Shown: one piece after another, positions 52,501 to 64,000 of the stretch | Layout: every line of letters starts with the position of its first letter | Position numbering within the stretch: the first letter of the stretch is position 1 | Assembly (NCBI RefSeq): GCF_006345805.1 | Contig: NC_043008.1 | Location: 9,486,001-9,550,000, forward strand | Direction: 5' to 3' | Source of the DNA: Octopus sinensis | Taxonomy: Eukaryota | DNA: 64,000 nt | The notes under the pieces: generated by a model | What the model was told of the DNA's origin: nothing | The model's database searches: none | The model's input: only the letters and a program-made list of their open reading frames with translations | Program-made: the position numbers and the translations under genes

Positions 52501-53439
52501 GGCATCAGGAAGGACATCTAGCTGTAGAAACCTTGCCAGATCAGACTGGAGCCTGGCACAGCCTTCTGGCTTGCCAGTCGTCAGTCAAACCATCCAACCC
52601 AGGCCAGCATGGAGAGCAGATGTTAAACAACAATGATGATGATGATGATGATGATCTCTGCCATCCAAATGCACACCACTGGCCACTTTTTGTCAATTTA
52701 CTAATTTCCCTTTCATTTATATCCATAGAGATATAAATGTAGTTTCCTTCTCAAATACTTTCTTTCTCAATACTGCCGTATATCAAAAAACATTTGTCAA
52801 ATGTACTTACACATGGTACCTATGTGCTGTTGAATGGTCTGAGCAATCTCTTAATCATGGTCTCAGTGGCTGTGCTTGTGTTAGAATTCATATTATTCTT
52901 TTCTACTCTAGGCACAAGGCCCAAAAGTTTTGGGGAGACTGACCCCAGTATGCAACTGGTGCTTAATTTATCGACCCTGAAAGGATGAAAGGCAAAGTCA
53001 ACCTCGACAGAATTTGAACTCAGAATGTAAAGACTGATGAAATACCTATTTCTTTACTACCTACAAGGGGCTAAACACAGAGGGAAGAAACAAGGACAGA
53101 CAAATGGATTAAGTTGATTATATCAACTCCAGTGCATAACTGGTACTTATTTAATCGACCCCAAAAGGATGAAAGGCAAAGTCGACCTCGGCGGAATTTG
53201 AACTTAGAACGTAGCGGCACACGAAATACCATTAAGCATTTCGCCCAGCATGCTAATGATTCTGCCAGCTCACTATCTTTATTATTATTCTGTCACTATC
53301 TGCATGTAATCTTATAACTATGGAACAAAATCAAAGATATAATCTATCATACACAACACAGTTATATTATTCCATGAACTATGCCATTGGATTATAGGAC
53401 ATGTGTTTTGCCATCAGCTATGGACACCAAATCTTTTTT

Positions 53440-53825
53440 TAATCTAAAATATACTCTCCTTCATTTTCTACAATGCTCTTCCATCGATCTGGTAGATTTT
53501 CAAAGCCCCTCTACCAAAATTCACTTGTCTGTGATGAAAAATACTCCTCCAGTACTATTCTGACCTCTTCTGCAGAACTCATATTTTTTCTGCCCAAATA
53601 ATTTTGAAGACTGTGAAATAAATGATAATCAGATGGGACATGTCCAGTGAATACGGTGGGTGGGGCATTGTTTCCCATTCAAACTGTTCCAACCTTTGGA
53701 ATGTCATCCACGCTGTATGTGGCTGAGCATTATCCTGATGGAGGAACACCTTTCGTCTTGAAACCAAAGATGGTCGTTTTCCTTCTAGTGCTGACTTAAG
53801 CTGCTCAAACTGTTCACATTAGATC
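53440..53825 (-). pseudogene. mariner (DD34D-type) transposase remnant, C-terminal part
   Basis: CEQFEQLKSALEGKRPSLVSRRKVFLHQDNAQPH...HPPYSLD /frameshift/ SDYHLFHSLQNYL...LPDRWKSIVENEGEYILD*. Confidence 0.9.
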
Positions 53826-54082
53826 TCCTTTGTTATCATAATATAATGTCTAACAGCTGAGGAATTCTACCTCTGGATTCCCTCCATTTTCTTCTTGCCA
53901 TATAAATTAAGGGCAAAACCACTTATTACCCTCACCTAATTATTATACTCAGTATTATTATACACACGCAATAACCAACGCTTGTGTATTAAATAATTGG
54001 GTATTCTACCATCAGTATATTGGATAGATATTATCCCTTAGTTGGTTGGATTCACAACCTCTAACTCTCTTTGAATTATAAA

Positions 54083-54150
<68 letters not shown>

Positions 54151-54154
54151 ATAT

Positions 54155-54270
54155 GGCCTGCTCGCTTAGCCAGCGGGGTGGTGTCATTTGAAGGCTAAAA
54201 CAATGCAAAGTGCATTGTGACCAGCGATGTGTAGCAACATCTGATAGCCTGGTCGATCACGGTGATCACG

Positions 54271-54274
<4 letters not shown>
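54155..54274 (+). mobile_element. 120-bp insert in (TA)n sharing a 3' end with the RTE fragment at 37209
   Basis: TGTGACCAGCG...CTGGTCG.TCA..GTGATCA..GTGA shared. Confidence 0.65.
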
Positions 54275-54324
<50 letters not shown>

Positions 54325-55250
54325 CATATATACATACACACTATGTTTACCCTCCCCCTCCACTGCATGACAACTGCTGTTGGTGTGTTTATGTCCTCAT
54401 TACTTAGCAGTTCAGCAAAAGAAACCGACCCGAGTATCAGGTTTAAAAAAATAAAGTACCGGGATCAATTCATTCAACCAAAATTCCTCAAGGTGGCGCC
54501 CCATAAAAGATAAAGGTGCAAGCATACTTACATACATGCATGTAAGCATACAACAAACATACATGATTGCATGCACACACAAGTATACAAACATTAAATA
54601 AATGATTGTATCTACATCGCTGTGTCTTATACTTCAGCTGGTTTACACCAAATAACTCACATTCTAAATGTTTGCAAACTACATTCACAGAAATATGCAA
54701 ACAATTGGCAGAATGTGGAGGTAATTAAGTTGTAAAAATATCACCGTCTTAATGTCAAGAACCTCTTAGTCTGCCATCCAGCAACTGATTTTGTAGAAAT
54801 AAGCAAACTGCCTGCTGATCTAAGACATAGAACCAATTTAGAGTGAAGAATGTCTTTGATACATGAGTTATATATACTCAGTGATGGAGAACCACAGCTA
54901 ACTGGATCAATATAGTGTTAAGGGCTATTAAAGGAAGGGTCACAAGATCAGATTTAATTAATGTCCTCACCAAGACACTTAATTACCACTGGCGCAGTTC
55001 ATTCGTTTGTAAATAGGTACTATAGGCATTCTTTCATTTACTCTTTTGCATGTTTCTGCCAGTTGACTGTGGCCATGCTGGAGCACTGCCTTTTAGTCGA
55101 GGAAATCGACCCCAGGACTTATTCTTTGTAAGCTTAGTACTTATTCTATCGTTCTCTTTTTGCCGAACCGCTAAGATACAGGGACGTGAACACACCAGCG
55201 TCCATTGTCAAGCAATGGTGGTGGGGGGACAAAGACAGACACACAAACAT

Positions 55251-55298
<48 letters not shown>

Positions 55299-55742
55299 GT
55301 ATACGACAGGCTTCTTTCAGTTTCCGTCTACCAAATCCACTCACAAGGCTTTGGTCAGCATGAGGCTATAGTAAAAGATGCTTGCCCAAAGTGCCATGCA
55401 GTGGGACTGAACCTGGAGTCATGTGGTTGGTAAACAAGCTACTTACCACACAGCCACTCCTGCACCTATAAATGTACTATATAAATGTACTATAAATTCT
55501 ACACATCCTTGGTTTTCTTGTCTCGTTTTGTTTAACATATACATGCTCACACAAGACCCATATTAGACTCCTCACTCGTATTATTATCGAACCGAGAGTC
55601 TAACTATAGTCCTCCCATTGCACTTACATAACCTTACCTGCCACCTTGGGTCTTCTAGATACCAATTACCTCTCATATCGTTGCTATATATATAGTTATG
55701 TATTTCTATATAATTAGCTATATGTATATATATAGCTATATA

Positions 55743-56096
<354 letters not shown>

Positions 56097-56159
56097 TATA
56101 TATATATATATATATACATATATACATATATACATTTATCAATTTGCTTTGCAAGATCC

Positions 56160-56194
<35 letters not shown>

Positions 56195-56769
56195 TTGTAT
56201 GTATATATATAAATGAATATATATATTCCTAGTCGTGTTTGCTTTTGATTATTTTGTGTGAATTGATCAAGAAAGTAAATGTGAGTGCAATAGTCAATAT
56301 TTTTTTTTTACCTTAATTAAATATCACCTTTTTTTTATTATTATCTGCCAAGCACTTCTCTTCCTGTACTGCCATTTCTCTCGGCTTCTTCCAAATCTTC
56401 TCTGTTTCCTTGCCTTCCTATCCACCCCTTTAATTTTTAAAGTTGATTCTTCACTATTCCCTCACGCTCCACAAACCAGATGTAAATTCCATCAGTTTGC
56501 ACGATCCTTTATTCATGAGTGGTGAGTATTTCTTCAATATAGCTGCTGCTGCTGCCAATTTCTGTCTTAAAGCTATAATTCTTTTTCTTTTCAAACAGTT
56601 TCTTTTTTTTTCTTTTTTTTCTTTACTTTTTTTATATATAATCTTTCATTTTATTCTCCTACATTTTCTGCCATGCCACAAGAAAAGGCTTTGAAACAGC
56701 AAATAGCAAACATAATAATATATATATATCCATGCCGTATAAGTAACTTGTTTTATCGTCATTGTTGTG

Positions 56770-56774
56770 GATGC

Positions 56775-56808
<34 letters not shown>

Positions 56809-56835
56809 GTAATAATAATGATAATAGTAATAATA

Positions 56836-56866
<31 letters not shown>

Positions 56867-57030
56867 TAGTAATAATAATAATAATAGTAATTATAATAAT
56901 AATAATGATAATAATAATAATAGTAATAATAATGATAATAATAATAATAATTGTAATAATAATAATAATAGTAATAATAATAATGATGATAATAATAATA
57001 ATAGTAATAATAATGATAATAGTAATAATA

Positions 57031-57061
<31 letters not shown>

Positions 57062-57310
57062 TAGTAATAATAATAATAATAGTAATTATAATAATAATAA
57101 TGATAATAATAATAATAGTAATAATAATAGTAATAATAATGATAATAGTAATAATAATAGTAATAATAATAATAATAGTAATAGTAATAATAATAGTAAT
57201 TATAATAATAATAATGATAATAATAATAATAGTAATAATAATAGTAATAATAATAATAATAATAGTAATAGTAATAATAATAGTAATAATAATAATAAGA
57301 ATGAGAATAA
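56770..57310. repeat. (AAT)n tract with AGT/GAT variants, about 540 bp
   Basis: Read directly from the sequence. Confidence 0.97.
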
Positions 57311-57968
57311 CAGTAATTGTTTTGTCTTGGTATAAAAGATGGGCTACAGCAAATATTCTACTCAATACCACAGATTTGCTTGTCAGTTGTTTGACCTTAA
57401 CCAGTTGAGCATGTCCCTTAGTGGCTGACGATATGTGCGTCCTGATCACGAGCAGAAGTAGTGGGGGAGCATCATAGCCATGTGTTGAGAGGGATTCTTT
57501 AGGATTTGAATAATTCACCTTTGGAAACATGGGTGTTTCATTCAACATCTTTAAACAACCCTTATTCAGGGACCTTACTCGACCTGAAGAAAATTCTAAC
57601 TGGGCCCCCACCTGCAAGGTCATGTGCTGTTTATATTGATATGAGATCACCATGTCGCGCACATATGGTTGTGATGCATGTGCCTGGTGTACCCTTATCA
57701 GACGGGTAGTCATGAGGGGCATACTGGGCTTCGTATATTTTACCCCAGTGTCACTTTGCTGGAATGCACCACTCTCTCACTCAATAATAATAATAATAAT
57801 AAAAATAACAACAACAAAAATGATGCTATAATAATAATAACAACAATAATGATGCTACAATAATGATGATAATAATAATAATGATAATAATAATAATAAT
57901 AATAACAACAACAACAACAATACTGCTACAATGATAATAATAATAACAACAACAATACTGCTACAATG

Positions 57969-57999
<31 letters not shown>

Positions 58000-59342
58000 C
58001 AACAACAATAACGATGCTACAATGATGATAATAATAATAATAATAACAACAACAACAACAACAATAACAATGCTACAATGATAATAATAATAATGATAAT
58101 AATAATAATGATAGTAAGAAAAAGAATAATGCCTTCTTGTAGTTATTATTATTTCTGCTGTTGCTGCTGCTGATGCTCTTGTAGTGAGCTTCTGTGCTTT
58201 CTTAAGTTGCATTCAGAGCTGTTTCAAGAAATCTTAAGACACATTCATCATCACCATCATCATCATCATCATTACCATCATCATCATCACCATTGTCATC
58301 ATCATCATTCAATGTTCATTTTTTTTCATGCCTGCATGGGTCAAACAGAATTTATGGAGGCAGATTACCCTTTCTGTTTCCAAAATTCATTCACCTGCTT
58401 ACAGGCCAGGTAACGATCTTCCCACAGTTTGACATATTTTTCATGGAAGAGACAGGGAAGGGAAAAGAAATTGCCTCTATGACAATGACACTCATTTACG
58501 ACTGTGACACATGGTGTCAAGGCAAAATATATGCTCAAAAATACAGACATACATACGCACACACACACATTTATTTATTTATGAGATCCCAAAATATAAA
58601 AGTTTCTCAAGCAAGCATATCAGACCTGCAATCCCCATCATCAGCTGTCAAGTGAATATCACAATGATTTCAACACCTGGGCAATAGCTTTCCTTCATAC
58701 CAGTAACATATATTCCTTTTCACCCACTTTCTCACACCGATAAGTACACAATTGCATCATCATCATCATCATCTTTTAATACAATCAATATGAATCTCAT
58801 TTAAGTATGGCAGATACAATCAGCTTCTTATCAACTTTTATGATCAAATGCATGTATCTCTGTATGATTACCTGTATTGATTTCAAAGGACGGATGAAGT
58901 AGGTAGATCTCTATATAAACAGTGTCATAGATTTAGTTTACAGAAATTACAGCACACTTTTACGGCTCTGATATTTCCCAGTCTTTACTTATCTCCAGTT
59001 ATTTCAACACATTCGTCCAGTTTGATGGCTCGTTTATTTATAACTATTCATTTTCCCTAAGATTGAGTCCATAGTTCAGATATGGACAAATTTTATAGGA
59101 AAATGCAAGGAAGTTAACTGACTCAATTCAAATTTATCGCTGGTGCTATTTCATGATAAATCACCGTTTTCATAGGTTGTTTCAGTCATTCTTCGCACCA
59201 TTCTACAAATATCACTTTCATCTCTTCAATGTTTCAGTTTTGTATTGTGTGTATGAATGAATGTATACATGTATTTATGCATGAATGCATGTATGTATGT
59301 GTATATCTATATGTACATATATATATATATGTGAGTGTGTGT

Positions 59343-59379
<37 letters not shown>

Positions 59380-59536
59380 CATTAATATTATCATCATCAT
59401 CATCGTTTAACATCCGCTTTCCATGCTAGCATGGGTTGGACGATTTGACTGAGAGTTGGTGAACCAGATCGCTGCACCAGGCTCCAATCTTGATCTGGCA
59501 GAGTTTCTACAGCTGGATGCTTTTCCTAATGCCAAC

Positions 59537-59575
<39 letters not shown>

Positions 59576-59598
59576 GTATGTATATGTATGTACATATA

Positions 59599-59644
<46 letters not shown>

Positions 59645-61064
59645 ATATGCTTTCGATGTGAATTGTTTTGTTATATTGCGCCATATTTTTCAATCCTGTA
59701 AATAATAATAATGGTATTTTTATATGGCAATCACCATGCAATGACTTAGGAAAATAATCTAACAACGGGGCATATAAGCCCTCGACAGAAAAAAGAAGGC
59801 TTTCCTATCCTCATGGGACTCAAATCCATATCCCTTTGTCAATTCGACTAAGTGTGTTACCTTTAGACATATATATATATATATGTGAAATAAGCATATC
59901 TTTCCACTACATCACAAGTATTGAGTTCTGTAACATATACTTGTATCTATTTTACAAGTCTTACATTATGATAGCTATAGATTTATGTATATGTATGTGT
60001 GCTTCTTTACATGTATGTGTGTGTATGTGTCTCTGTGTATTTGTATTTCTAAAAGTATATTTGTTTATATATATATTTATGTATGTATATTCATTATATA
60101 GTTGTCTTTGCATGTCTCTCTCTGTTTTTAACTGTTTTCTGTGTTGTTTGTTTGTTTTTGTTTCATTTCTACATTTTTTTATAATTATTGACAAGATTTA
60201 TTTATTCTCATTTATTTTAAAATTTCAGCCCCTTTCCTTAATCTTTTTTTTTTTTTTTTGCTGCCATACAGTCAATGGCTTTTTTTACAAATTGTATTTC
60301 ATCGTGTATTGTTGAAGCAAAACTCTTTATTACTGGCACCACTTCATGCTTGAATTACCAAATTCTTCTTATTGTTGCTGATTTCTGTGAATAGTCAGAT
60401 TTCAGAGAACACACACACACACACACATACATACACACATACGTATGCTCACAAACACATGCACACACACACACTCACACGTATATGCTCACACACAAAC
60501 ACATGCACACACTCACACACACATGCATAGATGCTCACACACACATGCTCATACACACATGCACACACACACATATATATTTATAAAAGTGGATATCATC
60601 ATCATGATCATCATCGTTTAGCGTCCGCTTTCCATGCTAGCATGGGTTGGACGGGTCAACTGGGGTCTGTGAAGCTGGACTTTTATGAAATACAGAATTG
60701 CTGAGATGGAGAAAAGAAATATTTTTTGCCATGTAAAAAAAAGCACTCATGCTGGCAGCTTGTAAGTAAAGGCACCCATGGTGGCGCCATGTAAAAGAGC
60801 ACCAGAAGCTGGTGCCACATTAGAAAACACCTGGGTTGGTGTCACATATGAAAGCACCTGTACTGATGACACATTAAAAGCACCTGTGCTGGTGGCATGT
60901 AAAAATCACTCAGTACACCCTGTAAAATGTTTGGCTTGGCATTAGGAAGAGCATCCAGCTGTAGAAAACCATGCCAAAAACAGACTGGAACCTAATGCAG
61001 CCTTCCCACCTGCAAGCTCCTCTCAAACCGTCCAACCCATACCAGCATGAAAAACAGAAGTTAA

Positions 61065-61125
61065 ATGACGATGATGAAGATGATCATGATGATCATGAGG
61101 ATGAGGATGTTGATGATGATGATGT

Positions 61126-61158
<33 letters not shown>

Positions 61159-61162
61159 CGAT

Positions 61163-61197
<35 letters not shown>

Positions 61198-61330
61198 TGA
61201 TGATGATGATGATGATGATGGTGATGATGAAGATGATGATGATGATGAAGGTGATGCTGATGATGTTGATGATAATGATGATGGTGATGATGGTGATGAT
61301 GAAGATGGTGGTGATGATGATGATGATATC
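61065..61330. repeat. (GAT)n expansion at the tail of a Retro-D copy
   Basis: Begins directly after ...CCAGCATGAAAAACAGAAGTTAAAT. Confidence 0.9.
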
Positions 61331-62939
61331 TGAAAAATAATTAGATATGGAAAAATTGATTTACTGTGATGTCAATTTTGACTTTTCACCAAGCTGCAGC
61401 AAAATTGGTTGATATTAAAGAGAAACTGAAACAGACAAAATATATAAATAAAAATAAACAAAAAGAACAACAAAAAGAACAACTAATCATAAAGACTCAC
61501 TTCATGTTTGAGTAAATTTGAAATAAATCATTGTTTGTGTTGGAATCTATGATATTTCAAGTAACTTTGAAACATTTAGTATATAATTGCTATCTAAAAA
61601 TGGGAATTTCAGAGACCAAACACACTGCAGTTCCATATGCAACTGCTGTGGGGGTGGAGAACCTGAGCCCTTCTAAAAGCAAAACCATATTCGTTGGGAA
61701 ATATATATTTAAAATAAAAATAAATGCACCCTTTTAAAGCCTAGCCAGGCTCATGGGCCCAGTTTCCCCAGTTTCTATGGCGCATGTGTTCTCCAGCTGG
61801 ATGGGACACCAGTCCATCACAGTGTTACTCAGTTTTGCCAGCTGAGTGGACTCGGCAGAATTTGAACTCAGAACGTAGCAGCAGACGAAATACCTATTTC
61901 TTTACTACCCACAAGGCGCCCAAACACAGAGGGGACAAACAAGGACAGACAAAGAGATTAAGTCGATTACATCGACCTCAGTGCATAACTGGTATTTAAT
62001 TTATCAACCCCAAAATGATGAAAGGCAAAGTCAACCTCGGCAGAATTTGAACTCTGAACGTAATGGCAGACGAAATACCGCTAAGCATTTCACCCAGCAT
62101 GCTAACAATTCTGTCAGCTCACCACCTTAAAGTTCAGAAATCGTGTAGAAACCATGCCAGTTTCAGTTTCCATCTACCAAATCTATTCACAAGGTTTTGG
62201 TCACTTCAGGGTTGTAGTTGAAAACACTTGCTGAAGGTATCATATTTTAAAAAACCTTCCCAGCTCTGATCTATGTTTCCGTCACTTCAAAATTATATGC
62301 CACGACCTCCCAAATCTGAACAGTGATATCTAGGCATTGTCCAAGCCTAATTAGGTCACCTATGAAGAAAAACAAACATTACCAATATAAATTATCCTCA
62401 AACTATGAATCAACAATGAAGGAGATCCCAGAATAACAAAACTAAGATATAAGATATTCACAATCAAGCATCACAAACGTGTATTCCCATCATCAGCTTC
62501 TAAACAGATATCACTATGGTTTCAGCACATGGGCAGGACCACTCAATTCAGTTGTGTCAACAGCATTAAAAATATCATCACTGACATAGAACAATGTAAG
62601 AGTAAACAAACAGTGATGACTTATAGCTACAAAATATTAATTTATGACAAAGAACTAATTCCAAAAATGACATTCAGACAATACAACAAACAAGAAGAGG
62701 ACAAATATCCATCAAATGTAAATAATGTAAATAATGTAGAAACAATGCAACATGAACTCTTTTTGCAGCAGCAATTTGTAATTCAGCTCGTTATCTGTCT
62801 GATTACATTATCTTTCCGTAAATAAAAGAGGAGAGAAAAATGAAATCAGTCAGAAACTTTAAATTAAAAGCTTTTATATTTCTTTACAGTAATTCATTCT
62901 TTTTCTTATTTTTCTTTATTTTCTCCTATCTGTTTCCAG

Positions 62940-63025
62940 AAATCGTCCGTGCCTTCACTTTTGTCATCAATCAGGGTTGGGCTATGTACTGGGGTACCTC
63001 CCGTTGGACGCCCACAGAGATCATG
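62940..63025 (+). CDS. KCNAB: Kv-beta exon h, 86 bp: [28 protein letters not shown]; the gene continues beyond the window
   Basis: tgtttccag|AA ATC GTC CGT...GAG ATC ATG|gtaagc; [12 protein letters not shown] motif; ORF track 62840..63040 contains it. Confidence 0.97.
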
Positions 63026-63364
63026 GTAAGCATCATTTGAACTCAGCATTTGTTATCTCTCTCTATATATATATATCATCATCATCATCATCGTTTAACG
63101 TCCGTTTTCTGCGCTAGCACGAGTTGGACGGTTCGACCGGGGTCTGGGAAGCCAGGGTCTGCACCAGGCTCTAGTCTGATCTGGCAGAGTTTCTATAGCT
63201 GGATGCCCTTCCTAACGCCAACCACTCCGCGAGTGTAGTGGGTGCCTTTTACGTGCCACCTGCACAGGTGCCAGGGGGGTCCGGCATCGGCCACGATCGG
63301 TTGGTGCTTTTAACGTGCCACCGGCACGGAAGCCAGCCAAGGCGGTGCTGGCATGTGTGTGTGT

Positions 63365-63401
<37 letters not shown>

Positions 63402-63402
63402 C

Positions 63403-63440
<38 letters not shown>

Positions 63441-63442
<2 letters not shown>

Positions 63443-63533
63443 TAGAATAAGAACAGGCTGGACAAAGTTCAGAGAGCTTCTACCTTTGTTGGTAACTTAG
63501 GGCCTCTCCCTCAGAGTAAAAGGCAGATTGTAT
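63441..63533 (+). mobile_element. Short RTE-clade reverse-transcriptase fragment following (TA)n
   Basis: ARIRTGWTKFRELLPLLVT*GLSLRVKGRLY. Confidence 0.75.
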
Positions 63534-64000
63534 GTCTTCTGAGGATGATGAAGGAAAGGAAGATGTCCCAAGTTCTTTAATCAAAGAAATTTGTGCTAAA
63601 TGGGGTGATGTGCAAAGTTTTGTGGGAAAATATCACCCTGATAATACAGTTTCTTTCTATGAAATCCACTCATAGGGTTTGGTCAGCCTAAGGCTATAGC
63701 AGAAGACACTTGCCCAAGGTGCCATATAGTGGGACTGAACCCAGAACCATGTAGTTTGGAAGCAAGCTTCTTACCACCCAAGTACACCAACTCAAAATAA
63801 CACACACTCACACACGCAATGTGATGCACAAACAAGGCACACACACACACACCCACACACTCACACACACACACACACACACGCGCACTCACACACACAC
63901 ACACACATTCACATACACACACACTCACACACACACACACATTCACATACACACACACTCACACACACATGCACACACACACGTGTACGCACGCACGAAC

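Overview
This is AT-rich, microsatellite-dense animal genomic DNA with no gaps. The repeat landscape suggests an octopus genome, but that is an inference. The only intact gene is a fragment on the + strand: eight short coding exons (472 bp over about 54.6 kb, 8420-63025) of a voltage-gated K+ channel beta subunit (KCNAB/Hyperkinetic, aldo-keto reductase family). They splice in frame to (R)[157 protein letters not shown]. The first and last exons are not identified in the window. The introns hold three tRNA-headed SINE families (my labels SINE-A, B, C), a VNTR-headed retroposon (Retro-D), RTE LINE fragments, a decayed hAT transposon with three nested insertions, a mariner remnant, piggyBac and Tc1/mariner MITEs, and a Helitron. 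The most interesting signals are minimal type I hammerhead-ribozyme folds of the Penelope-associated kind in two unrelated repeat families (one behind a tRNA-like Pol III head), a 443-bp intronic palindrome, modular SINE tails, and repeated insertion into TA microsatellites. Almost all ORFs in the supplied track are microsatellite artefacts. Repeat coordinates were read by eye and are approximate (about 10-20 bp) unless termini are quoted.
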